From NCBI RefSeq assembly GCF_018350175.1, contig NC_058368.1, positions 68,264,001 to 68,328,000 of the forward strand: DNA of 64,000 nt. Direction: 5' to 3'. Below are positions 23,736 to 36,796 of this stretch, one piece after another. The translations under genes were made by a program, and so were the position numbers. This stretch comes from Felis catus (lineage: Eukaryota). Within the stretch, counting starts at the first letter, position 1. Every line of letters starts with the position of its first letter. The notes beneath the pieces are model-generated. The model was not told the origin of the DNA. It searched no databases and saw nothing but the letters and a program-made list of their open reading frames with translations.

Positions 23736-25409
23736 TAGCATCCAGCCATCTTAATGTAACAGTCAAAAGTTGAGGACGACTGAACTAGTTAATTCATTAG
23801 TTAATGATGAGACACATGAGCATCACTTTGAAAAGCTCTTAACGGGCTTGTTTAAAGCACACCACAGCATCCCTTCCTGCCTCACCCTGAAAGCGCTGAC
23901 CATGGACTTCTCACTAACCCCCACACCAGCAGTTACACAGATTCTCAGTGTGAGAGGATTACACAGACACATTCGCACGTGCATGTTTGGATGCCTTTAT
24001 TTGGGAGCTTTTTGCCCCCTCCCCCACCCCTCTCCCCACACATGCCCACTCCAACGTTCAAGCCCCCGCCCACCCTCCGCAATTGCCACAAGGCAGAGCC
24101 AAAGACACTTTACCCTTCGGCACCTTGCTGCTTCCCAGTCTTTGTCAGTGCTTCCTTTTTGTTTTTCTATGAGGACTCACTTGAAATGCTGCTGTTCCCC
24201 AGCTTTCTGCCCCCACAGATGCCTTCTTTTAGGAAGGTCACCTGCTGGTTACTGTGGCAACAGCTGTGAGCAGCAGATCCTTCTTTGCCGTTTCTTGCTT
24301 TAAGGTAGATATCACACATTCATTCATCAAACATTTAAGGATCTGGTATGGGCTGGGATACAATAACGGGATCAAAAGTTCCAAAAAAACAGGTCCTGGC
24401 CTTGAGAGCATTAGAATCTTTGGGAGAATTGGAGCAAAATAAGAAACGGTGTGCCCAAGACCCCAAAGTGCCATATTTCAAACCGAAACGCAGAGGTGAG
24501 AGAAGAATGGGGAAGGAATGCAAGCAGTTCAGAGGACAGGGACCCGGTTCCGGGTTAGGAGGGAAGAGCCTCCGAGCCCATCCAACACAGTGCTCCAGGA
24601 CAGGCTTGTCCTCTGGAGACGCCAGTGTCTATGGATGGGAAATTTGCTACGAAAGACCCCGCACCTATCCTAGCATCTCTTTCTGGGGGACAACTGACCC
24701 AAGCAGCCTGCCACAGATTCCTTGTTTCCCCCCAGTGACTTCTGTGCTTCATGGTGGGAATCTTGCCACTTCACCGTGGCATGGCCTAGCAACCCCTTGC
24801 CCTAACCTAAAAGGTATCGTATTGCATTAGAAGCCCTGTGGTGTGATAAATGTAACCTGGCAATCCTCCCGTACATTTGTAAGCTATATGAGATGGCAGG
24901 ACTCTGCTGAGAGGATAGGGAGAGTGAGTTCAGATTAAATGTTATTACAAGCCAGGCTGGGGTGGGGGCACATCAGGGTCTTCCTACCCGGAGATGAAGC
25001 AAGACACTTCAGTGCACTCCAGTCTGGGACAAAGGGGAGAGGACACTTCTATTACCTGAGTACAGTGAAATGTGTTTCAACAGAGGTGTAGACAATATGT
25101 TAGCACAGCTGAGGAAGGTTTAAGCACCACCATATTCCTAAGAGGTTTAAACCATAGCTCTTGGTCATGCAAAGACATGGGTCCCCATGGACAACTTTTA
25201 AAGACTGTTGCACTAGGAGTTGACCCACCATCTTGGAGCAACCGTCCCATCCTTCAACCCTGGGCATAATTTTCTACCCACTACAGGGATATTTAAATCT
25301 CCTGTAGACTTTATACTTCAGAAAAGTCCTTTCTAGAATCATAGACATGATGAGAAATAATAGGGAAGAGTGGGAAGCACATAGGTAGGTGGTAGAGGAA
25401 GGAGAAAGA

Positions 25410-25550
25410 GTGTGATGGCTTCAGAATTACATGAACATGATTTGGAATGCAGTCTTCACCACTCATTAGCTTTATGACTTGGGATGAGGTACATAGGTTT
25501 TTTGGGCCTCAGTTTTTACATCTTTAAAATGGCAGGAAATACTTACTATG
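25410..25550 (+). mobile_element. MIR fragment
   Basis: gggcctcagtttttacatctttaaaatgg MIR core. Confidence 0.65.
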
Positions 25551-25879
25551 ATTAGGTTGGTTTTTCCTATAATCGCCAAAATGTGCCATTTGGGTAGCTC
25601 TTTCCTTTGCCTAATTGAGACAGTTGGCTCTGCTTTATGGGTTTTCCACAATTTGGGCTAGAATAAGAATAATAACACTTGATCATATAAATTGTGTTTG
25701 GATGTGTTCAGATGCATGAATGTTAGAAATAAAATTAGTCCCCCAAAATGTGTTTTATACTGATCAAGATACGAGTGCTTTGTGAAATAAGGAATTATAA
25801 CACCTGTTTTCGACCAATACTCTTTGTCAAATCTGGGAAAACAGTGTAGACTTCCTTTTTCATCTGCAGAGTCAAACTT

Positions 25880-26680
25880 ACCTTCTCTCCACCTGGGCCT
25901 CCTTTGCTCTAGATTCTCATGATCTCTTGCGAACCATTCTCCATCCTGCTGCTACTAGACTTAATTTCCAAAAAAGCGGAACTGATCACATCGCTAACCA
26001 TATTACACCCTTCATTGGCCCTGTTGCCCTAAAGTCCACACCTCTTGGATGGGCACTCAAAGCCCTAAATTAATCTAGATTCTTTTTAGTATCATCCCTA
26101 GTATGTTCCATCATGGACTATGTGCCACTAATGAATTGATTTTCTAATATATTTTCTTCACAGGAGACTACTTCTTCAAAGAAAATCCTATTTAAAGGCT
26201 GATATGAGAATGAATGAAAAGGGCTGTTCCAGTTGAGTTCCAGGGTGGGGGTGGAACATTTTTTCCCCATTTCCTTCCCTCACTTTCTCCTGCACCGAGA
26301 GATTCTATGTCGCCCACTTTTTAAACCAGTCCAAGCCTGGACTTGCTGAGCTTATGGCCATTTATTGACTAGATCTTGTCCTGTCATGCCTCATCTAGAA
26401 AGGACCTTTTCTCCTTTCTCTTCCACACTGTCCCTGTGAAAAATATCTCCTCGTCCTTTTCATATTGAGTTCAGCATCACTCCCCCCACCCACCAACCTC
26501 CAACCTGTGCAAAGCCTGTGCTGACTACGTGGGCAAAATCAGGGGGCTGTTGAATATAATTGCTTGAATATATTCTTGTGTATCTCATAGACTAAGCTGC
26601 TGGAGACCAGTGAAATGCATTATTTATCTTTGTGTATGGGCCATAGTAGTAATTTCATAAATATTTGGGGAATAAATAAA
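25880..26680 (+). mobile_element. L2 3' region fragments (discontinuous)
   Basis: actgatcacatcgctaacc...cccttcattggccctgttgccct; tagactaagctgctggagaccag...ataaatatttgg L2-like tail. Confidence 0.55.
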
Positions 26681-28254
26681 ATAAAATCCATAAAGGTATT
26701 AGTTTACTCTCCAAAATTAATTGATACACAGGGCTCAATCCGGATATTAAGGGTAGATGTCGCTATTGCAGACACATATATATTTATACATGAATAATGA
26801 CCTCTTTCTATTCACAGATATATTCTAAACTCACTGAAATTGTGTTTGTGCATAAATATTTAGGTGGCATAATAACGACTTTTTAAACCGTGCAATCTTC
26901 ATATCATTTCCTTTCTCTTCATATTTACCAAGCTCAGTAAAACCTTGTCTCCTGAAGCTGAATGTTTTATTCCGCTTCTGTTTCCTCCCTCCTTTGTTCC
27001 TGTGCAGTTAGGTTTAAGGAATTGTGGAAATACAATGATCCTGTGGTACTTGCTGAATTCTCAGGGGAACTCCAGCTGTAAATTGGACAAATGAGGACAA
27101 TGACTTTGACTCCAGAGACAACCAGTGACCCTTCGGGAACTAAATGCAGTGCACTGCACATAGATCCCAGAGCCGTGTCACCTGGGTTTTAGACCCGATA
27201 CAAAAGAGACTTCATAATAGCAAATTTTGTTCATTAAGCTGAAGTGTTTAAGGTGAATTCATGGTGGAAACCTCATTAAAGGCCAATAAAGAAAGAAGTT
27301 CTTGTATTGATATTTTTAAATAAATGATGGGTTTATTTCTTTTGCCTTGATCATGATACAACCTTGCATTAGTTGATCAATTTTTTTTTTCCATGACTTT
27401 TGTTCCTACCAAACGAAAATAATTCCAGGAAAGCAACTTTATATTCTCCCATTCCCTTTTATAAACCTGAAATTAAATTACCCTTAGGGATTCTGTGTGA
27501 GGATTTTCCCTTTTTTATAGAAGACCCTGCATGCGCAGAATGAAAGCGATTTCATGAAGGTTTGCTTGAAACAACTAAGCTGCCATAAGGTTTATTTACC
27601 TCACTTGTGCTTTCTGTGCCGCGTATAGTTAAAGTATCTGCTTATCCTTCTTAACATTGACAGTGCATTAGTGACGGGAGCATATATCGTTTACGATATT
27701 TAAATGTCAAACACTTATTCATCCAGCTAGAGTCCAGCTATATATAACTGCTCCCATTAAATCTGTCTTATCTGTGCCTCAGTTGGAAATGTCAATTAAA
27801 GTAGGAATCTAATCTCATTAGAAAGCTCAGTGACAATGCCATGATATCTACATTTATCTGTCAAATTGTGTTTCTCCTCCACATTTTGATATTTTAATTA
27901 AACCTTGGTATGCCTTGGCGGAATTTTTACTGATGGAGACAATCCTCTAAAGCAGTCCCCCTTTCCTCCAAATGTTCATTAAGACATTGTAAGAGCATGA
28001 ATACTAGCAGGTATTATTTAATGACTGGTTTAGGACATGCATAATTCATCTATTGTTGCTACTTTGTTCCAACCACATGCCAGCCAAAATGCTGTGGAAA
28101 CGAGATTGGTAGCCACTTGCATTAATAGGTGCTGGTTAATTTGGCTAAGTCATCGCATTGTTGTGAAATAATCTTCAGCCTTTGGGCAATACTCTCTTCA
28201 CATATTTAATTTCTATTGGTGTTACTAGACTGTTGTTTGCACAAGAAAGAATCA

Positions 28255-28409
28255 GGGGCACCTGGGTGACTCAGTCAGTTAAACATCTGACTCTTAATTT
28301 TGGCTCAGGTCATGATCTCACAGTCATGAGGTCAAGCCTCCCGTTGGGCTTGGCACTGAGAGTGGAGCATGCTTAAAATTCTCTCTCTCTCTTTCTCTCT
28401 CTCAAAAAA
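28255..28409 (+). mobile_element. CanSINE (short)
   Basis: ggggcacctgggtgactcagtcagttaa head, ctcaggtcatgatctcac, (CT)n, A tail. Confidence 0.93.
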
Positions 28410-29612
28410 GGTATTACATTTTTCTGTAAGGGGAAAATCTGCAGTAATGATAATAACAACAAAACCTGAACAATTCCCAAGTCATTTAGCATAACAGAAC
28501 ACAATCACTACTATCTTTAGTTTTATAAAAACCAGTATAAGAATTACCAACCACAAAGAATCTGAAAAGAAGTGAAAGGTGGGTGGATGGATTTGAAGGC
28601 TATGTTTTTTTTGTTTTGTTTTGTTTTGCTTTTTGTGTGTGTGTGTTTTGTTTTTTAAATAGAAGTAGGCATTTCTGTGCCATACTACTGTGATTGGAAT
28701 GATCTTTGTATACTGGGAAATCTGAAAGGTTATGTCGACAGCTAAGTCACTTTCTGCAAGTCCGCTAATATTGACTTATCTAGAAATAGTTGAGCAGTTG
28801 TAATTTTGGGGAAAGTCGTTTGTGTAGCACAGGCTAAACACTGAATTTATGCATATATTTGTTGCCCCAGTAACTAAACTATTTCACTCCGAGTAAAAAG
28901 TTTTATATTTTTATTATATATAATTTATAGGAACTTGGGTAAAATAGTTATCTTTTCTCTTCATTTCTCTTTTATACTGTGATTTTTTTTCTTGGTGTAC
29001 CTGTTCAGAGGTTCCTGTGTGGATGCCCCAAAAGGTAGTCTGTTTTAAACCATATTTCTGTATTTCCAGAAACACCAAGTGCCGTAGCAAAAGGAGTTGT
29101 CTAATTTTCGAACTGTTTTAAGTAGCTGAATTAAATGTTGGCATTAATATTTGATATCATCCAACACTTTTGAAATGAAGTCTTCATTTACAGTCAGAAA
29201 TGTAAGTGGAATCAGGACTGGGAGGCTTGTGTGTATAATTAGAGGCTTGTTGAAAACTGGAGCCTAAGAACAAAGTTCTCAGTTTGTGCATACTGCTGGG
29301 GGCATGAGGAGGGCCAGTGGATCCGAGAAATAGCTTCTTTTGCAAAGGTAGCCTGTTGCTCAATGAAGGACCAGGCGTCGAATGCCTCTTGGATTTGAAG
29401 TATGCCCATTGTGTTGTCATCTGCACTTAAATATCCTTTCATATTCTTGACACCTGAACTGACAGCCCTAACCTGTTATCACTTGGTAGTGCAGCTCCAT
29501 GGCATGAAACATACGCCTAATTACAATGCACTTCACAGGAGTGGATGACAGCAAGAATGCCAGCAGAAGACCCATCCAAGCAGGAAGTTACTAGGTGCAT
29601 TTGAGAGCTGCT

Positions 29613-29755
29613 TGCCACGACAGTCATAGTAGAAAAATGCCCTGTGTGTGTGTGTGTATGTGTGTGTGTATACACGTATATATGTTATGTATACACACAC
29701 ACATACACACACACACACACACACAGGGCATTTTTCTACTATGATTGTCCTGGCA
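29613..29755. repeat. Long inverted repeat (fold-back) enclosing (TG)n/(CA)n
   Basis: 29613-29642 pairs with 29726-29755 at 28/30 positions; inner (TG)/(CA) arms pair except for a 6-nt length difference; loop ~13 nt. Confidence 0.95.
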
Positions 29756-32700
29756 TGATACATACTGTGTATACGTGTATACACACACACATACACAAGC
29801 ATACCTGCACAGCATTTTTTATTTGGTTCTGTAGCTTGCAGTAAAGACATGTGAGTGAAAAAAAAAATGATCAGTACATAAAAGGAGTATTCAGCACACA
29901 GCACATGGAAGCAATCTATTTAGCAGGGGCTGGTTCTCCTAATCTGGCAGTCTTCTATTTTTAACAGACAAGTATCATTTGACTGTTACTCTCTTTGCCA
30001 TGATTCCAAAACAAACCAATGAAAAGTGATAATGTGGGTCAAACCAGTCATTTTGGCACTAAGTAGACCAGAAATTGATTATTTTACGTAAGTCGAAAGG
30101 ATTACCTCATTCTCACTTTTTTTTTTTTTTTTTTTTTTTTTTGTCTTCATAAAGATGGAAAGAGGGTGGACGGTTGTGGTTGTCGAAGGAGTGTTAATTC
30201 CTGCATACCTGGCACAGGGATACGGAAGGACAAAGTCACCATTGTGTTTTGTACTTAAGTTTATCTCACACCAATTTATGTTTCAATCAGTCATTTATGC
30301 AATGGATTCCATTCTACCACATGTAGTATGTGTATTAATATTCTGCAAAGAGAATAAACATGACAATAATTCACCCATTCATTAACATATGCTGAGCATC
30401 AACGATATTCAGAGTACCATGGAGTTGAGATCTTCCCTTCTGTAGGAATGTGACAATTACGAATTATATATCCTCCTGCCTAACCGTGTACCTATCCCAT
30501 GATGCGATGGAAAGGGAAGAGAAGGAGAATTCAACATCCAATAGATAAAAAATACCGTCTCTTACAGACACAACCTCAGAAAAGATGGCAATGACTGCAT
30601 TTCCTTCCTGTTTTCCCTCCTTTGCCCAGAATAATTTCCCAGAATTTCCGAGGTGCTAAGAAACGTGGTCTACATCCATGTCTCCCTGCCAGGTCGTAAG
30701 GACCAGAGAGTAATTCAGAGAATGAGATGTTCATTTTAGGTGCTTCGTTAATGACAGTGGCAGACGAAATTGCAGGTAGATAGCATCGGGGTTATATTTT
30801 AAAACTGAAAATAATTTCATTTTTGGAGTGTACAACTGTACTCACCTAAGTTATTACTTTCCCATTGGAAAAGTAACCCATCATTAAAATTTCATATGAG
30901 GAGGAAGGCGTCTGCCTGCAGTTACACACAACTCATCATCACACTTTCTCATTACCATACACGTCTCCTCCAATTTGGGGTCTCATTTTCCTTCAAATGC
31001 AGCTTGAAAAGCTTCCTCTTTGCCTATTTATTCAAGCAAATGATGACCTTTCGAGCCAAGAAAATAGCTGTCACAAGTGAAAAGATATTTTTATTGATGT
31101 GCAGACCAGATTGTGGTTTAGCCCACAGCAATGCATTTATTCCTCTTTAATAATTATGGTTTATTACCTGTGTAAATAGTGCTGAAACGGTGCTTAGTAC
31201 ATACAGCTCAGAGGCCAAAGCCATCTAAAAAAATGTCTTGAGTTATTGTAGTTTTCTATTGAACGCAAGGTAACTGAACCTATTCGGGTTTAATGTGCTA
31301 TCTTATGTTGGCTAGGCACATCTGAGAAGGATTGATAGTCATTTTTTTATTGCTGTTGTTGTTGTTTTAATTTAGTACATCTAATAACTTCCATTCCTAA
31401 GACACTGAATGCACAAGACAGCCCCTTCCATCAAGAAGCTGGTGATCTGTGCAACTAAATAATAAAATAGAAAAGGCTCCTTGATAAAGCAAGCACGCTT
31501 ACAGTCAAGGAAAGTTAAAATGCCATATGTTTGTTGCAGTCCTTTAATCTCTGTCCCTGTGTAAAATTATAGCTCTGGAGCTTGATTCTTCCATTGTGGA
31601 AACAGACTTAGAAGTTAACTGTATAACACTACTGTTGAGGAATGGGATTCATGGCCATATGTCATAGATACAATTTATTCGGCATCTATTGTCTATAGTT
31701 AGGTTTTACACCATTCCCCATTGTGGAGTCCGATGCATGTGATGATCAGATATATTAAAATGTGGGTTTTGGTATTTAATATTCACCAGAGATAAAAGTG
31801 CAATTTAATTTATGCATGCTTGCTGCTCCCTTTCCTCCAGGCTCTCTTTTCTCCTTTTCGTTAAAGAAACACTGAGCAAATATCAAATATATTCTGAAAC
31901 AGCCAAAAGAACCTTTATTTTTTTCGTAAATATGATGGTAAAAATGTTCACTTTGTGAATATTTTTAGTATAACAAATATACAAAATAATTCTGTTAAAG
32001 AATAATCTGTGCAGGGAGACAGATTTACACCCTCCACCCCCAGTGAATACATTATTTTTAGCCACCGTAGAATGCATTTGGTTTCAAGGCAGGCTATTAA
32101 AAGTTTCCTTGGGGTGGGAATTTCTGAGTTTGGGGTGGGTTTTCATGCTGTAACACATGGTGTCTTCTTTTTTTGTGATTTGGTCACAGTTGGCTGAAAG
32201 TCAATTACTTTGAATTTGGGCAACTTATGTTTGTAACACATCTAGACAGGGTGCATTTAAAGAATGACGACAATATGCAGAATGTCTCTAAACATGCCCA
32301 CAGCTGAGCTCACTTTGGTATTTTAGATTTGTAGGAAATGAAGGGCAGAAATGATTATATATTTCCAACTCACATATCAGCCAATCTCTGAAAAGTTTGA
32401 AGCACTTTCCATCTCTAAAATGATCTGGTAGTATGCATGTCAATCTAAGAGGCAGTTCACAGGATGAGCTGGTTGTATCTAAATATTATCTCTGAGGAGG
32501 AGGGCGGGCAGGCTCGTTGGTGGCATTGGAAATAGAGTGGTAAAAGCTGGGAGTTGGTGGTGATATCTAGGCTTGAGACCCTCTGTGTTTTTAGGGGCAT
32601 GGGCGATAGATGAGGAAAAAGCCAGTGAGGCACGATGGCTACCACCATGCAATTTCTCACTAAAAACTGGCTAAAACAATGCTTGAGATGATCAAATACT

Positions 32701-33003
32701 GGCTTAGTCCTCATTTACACCATTTGAATAATAGATCTGTGAGAGGAGTTGACTCTTTCCAGCTCCAATCTTGTCAACCAAAACCTTCCAAACCTCCCCC
32801 TGATGCCACTAAGCTAGGCTTTGGGAGCTTGGCTGGATGCTATGTGTTTATGCACATATAAAATTTGTTTTTATTTTTTAATGGATTTTTTAATTTGTGA
32901 TTTCTGTGGCTTCATCCAGCTGGTGGCATGAAGAGGTAGGATTAGTTTCGTGTGGTTCCAAAGGATGGTAGGTTGAAGGTACTTGCTTCCTTCTGTTTTT
33001 AAG

Positions 33004-33040
33004 TACTAACCTCCCCCCCCACCCGCCCCACCCTTTCAGG
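33004..33040 (+). promoter_or_regulatory. Candidate 3' splice site (branch point, polypyrimidine tract, CAG/G)
   Basis: TACTAAC 33004-33010, C-rich tract, CCCTTTCAG|G with AG ending at 33039. Confidence 0.45.
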
Positions 33041-36000
33041 TCTTGAAGGACGCTGCCGAAGGAATCATAGAGAAGAGATATTCACTTGAGAGGGGAGTTT
33101 ATTCTAACTCTATCAGCTGTCAGATTCACAACCTCTGAATTTAAGTGTGTTTTTGTTAATGAGTTTTTCCTTGAACTTATGAATCTGTCAGTTGTGGATG
33201 AACCCTCTCTCCTCTTCAGTGACCTGTTTAGTATGGTGAAATAGATTTATAATCTTCATTAAATAAGCTGCCCATCATTATGCAAAGGGTCCCACTAATC
33301 CCTGGCATATATCTTTTGTGTAGCCACTGCAGTCAGCTTATGACATATCAAGGATGCTTTGCTGATCCTTTGTTTACCCAAGACACCCCAATTTAAGCAT
33401 CCTTCTATTGCTGCATGTTTATTTGAATCAGACTTATGCTTTAGAGTCCAGGAGAAATCTTTTCCTCCTTGAAGCTTTTCCCATCACCCTAATCCTGAGA
33501 GTCACCATTTATAAAGCACCTGTTATCTCCACGTCTGTGATAGGTCTTTGTATTTCCTATGAGACAAGGTAGGGCAGTGGTATTGATACATGTTTTATCT
33601 CTGAGTCCTAGTTTCATACTGTGGAAAACGGGGATCATCAAAGTAGTCTTTCACAGCCCTTTAGAGTTGCTCTGAGAGTTAAATAAAATGGCATCTATAA
33701 GGGTTAGCTCAGTACACATAGTTAGCAGACAAATGATTATCACTTCCAGTCCACATAGGGGTCTGGGAAGGTAGGTATCACTCATATCTTTGCCAGCTAG
33801 TAAGTGCTGGAACTGGAATTTACAATCAAATTTGTTGGACAATAAAATCCAGGTTCCTCTTTGTTTCCCATGTCTTTCCCTCATCTTAGTTCCTAAAATA
33901 CTGATCTTTAGCAAATTCAGCTTTGTTATAAACTATATTCTGGTGTAGTTGATGTGTATGCCCTGTATCCTCAACTATATTGGCACTGACGTAAGGACAG
34001 GCACAATTTCGAGTCTTCAGGAAGTGGGTTCGTTGGTTATACAACCATCAGCATCACCAATTATGTTTGTGCATTTGTGTTTTGTTTTGTGTTTGGTACT
34101 TGTTTGCATGGTGGACTGATATGTAGAAATAACTACACCTACTTATGTATGAAAGAAATGAAGTGCAAATTTTGGCTCATCTTCCTCCTAGAAAGAGGAA
34201 GGCAGTTTCTTTGGCTATTCTTTCTTTATTCAGCATCCTAAAGTTTATTTGTCTGTCAGTGTTTGTTGAGAAAGAGTACTGACTTCAGATGATACTGGTC
34301 TGGTCGCAGGCACCTCCTTTTTAATGAGAATATGTAGCATGCAGTTTTGATTTTGTATCAATATTGAGAATTTGCTATATTATAACCATATTAGCTAAAT
34401 TGGCTACCAAATTGAAGATTCACAGGAGAGGGGGTATAAGCAGAGAAAACAGACCCATTTGAAGAAAGGTCCTACAGGTCCTTTCATTGCTCATGAATTG
34501 AATTACAGCTGAAGCTCATGAATTGAATTACAGTGATGGATCCTATGGACAAGAATCAGCTCTTACACACTGAACATTGCTGCATCAGATTTGAGATCTG
34601 GCTGAGTCCTTACAAAGGGAACATCATTCAGCCCATCTTATAATATTAGATATAAAAGCATAAATGAATCCTCAATTTAAATGAAATAGAAACTTAAAGG
34701 AAAACAATTAATTAAAAAAACTGGAAACAGAACCAATGGACTCCAAGTATTAAGGCAAAAGTATACGGATATCAGAGCATTTGGTTTCATTACTCAGGTT
34801 ATAATTATATGCAGACATAGTGTGCTGTGTGTGATTTACTATTCAAAATGCAATCAGGTCATCTTTGTTTGATAGATTGGTATTTTGAGTTTTCGTGACA
34901 AAAGCTTTTCTAGACACTATTGCATGGTTCCCCTCTGACTCGGTATTTGAAACCAGATAATAGGCTATCTTACAAATACAACGTAGACATCTCTACTGCA
35001 CTCACAAAGACCTTCATGGATCATCTGAAGTGAAAGCCATCTCCCATGCCAGGAGGGGATAGCAAGGAAGCACTCTTGGCCCTGGCACCTAGCAATGTTT
35101 ACCTCTATTTACATAGACAGAGATTACCCTTTAAGCAGTGGCGAGAACTTCTGAAATTGTTGAAATGCATTTTTGGATCACTTTTCCAAGTGCTCCTGCA
35201 CAGAGACCATTACTCTGCATGGAAACTACCTAGGGATAGGGAAATGAGAAAATGCATTTCCAACACATGGGAGGGTTTGGTCCCTTGTGAAATGAATGCC
35301 CATAAGAGATAAGGAAAAAAAAACCAAAAACCAAAAACCTGAATATGGTTTTTATTCTTATTGCTAATGCTCAGCTATGGTAGGTTTCAAAATTTTCAAT
35401 TCCCAAGTTGGGAATAAATGCCTACCTACTAGATTACTATAGGGAAGTATAGAAAGTAAAGTGTATACCACAGTCCTTGGCACACAGTAGGCCCTCTATA
35501 ATTTCCAGTTTCCTTCCTGTCCCATGAAGAATACATCACATTGGTCAACTATTGTTGTGTCTGCCCAACAGCAAATACTACATCAGAAAGTAATACATCA
35601 AAACACATGACTAGTAACCTTTAATGGATCTGCTTCATTTCACATCTCAGCAAAATGTTTGTTTCAAATTAATGTGTCCTGACATAAGGAGGGGGTGTTT
35701 TCAGCCAAAATATTTAATTTGCAGCTGTCTCGTAATTGATAAGTTGTCAGAGGGCCATGTGTCAATGATGGCTCTGGTGACAGGCTACTGGAGACGAAGG
35801 ATTTAAAGGGGGGTTTTAATGTAAGACTGGTAGCCACCTGCCACATGTCTCTGCCCTTGGTCGTTGGAACTCCATAGTCTCTCAACTGGTTGGCCAGTGA
35901 AGGAGCCCCATTGTATCTCTTCTTACTGCTGGTGGTCATATATCGAGAATAGGGGGACGGGGAAGTCACTTGGAATTTACATAAACTTAATTTGAGTTTT

Positions 36001-36563
36001 TGACTTCGTAAGCTGGCAAAACGGGCACATCCGGAGTCTGCTAGCTAGCTCAGGCAACTCTGCGTAGCTTTCCTCTCTTTTCCTTTTTCTTTTCTTTCTC
36101 TTTTCCTTTTTTTGCTTTTTACTTCTTTCCTCGTTTCCTCTCCTCATCCTATACCGTGGGAACAACCTGAAAACCAAGTCAGCACAGAGAAGATTTAAAA
36201 GAAAAATAGCATATTTGGTGGCTGTGTGCCCTAAAGAAATGAGCTCTTCCGTGAGTATCTGCTCTTCAGTAACGTTTCATTGAGGGACTGTTTCATCTCA
36301 TCTAGCACTTGCCCTAATTAGTCACCATTAACGTAGGCATCAATATTCCCGCGCAGAAGAAAAAACAGATGGTGGAAGTTAAACAGTGGATACTCAACGT
36401 CACACACGTCCAAGCGAGAGAAGCGGCATTCAGACTCCAGCGAGGCCTAAATTCAGTGTCTTCCACTGTAAACAAAATCATGGTTAGTGTGGCTAAGAGA
36501 AAGACTAGTATTTAGAATGAGGAATATAGATCAGTCAGTAACCATCTAAAATTGAAATTTTCA

Positions 36564-36725
36564 GGAGCGCCTCGGTGGCTTAGTCGGTTAAGCGTCTGAC
36601 TCGATTTCAGTTCAGGTCCTGATCTCACAGTTCGTGGGACCAAGCCCCACGTTGGGCTCTGTGCCCACAGCGTGGAGCCTGCTTGAGATTCTCTTTCCTT
36701 CTCTTTCTGCCCCTCCACTGCTTTT

Positions 36726-36772
<47 letters not shown>

Positions 36773-36796
36773 ATAAGTAAATACATATAAAAAAAT
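36564..36796 (+). mobile_element. CanSINE with 18-bp TSD
   Basis: TSD taaaattgaaattttcag at 36547-36564 and 36797-36814. Confidence 0.95.

Noticed and set aside
23770..24830. Cluster of 96-177-aa overlapping ORFs
   Set aside because: Locally higher GC lowers stop frequency; no recognisable protein, and the longest starts are non-ATG
29184..29442. Two overlapping minus-strand ORFs (80 and 67 aa) next to the fold-back
   Set aside because: No homology recognised and no clear exon boundaries; coding cannot be supported without a PhyloCSF or BLAST result
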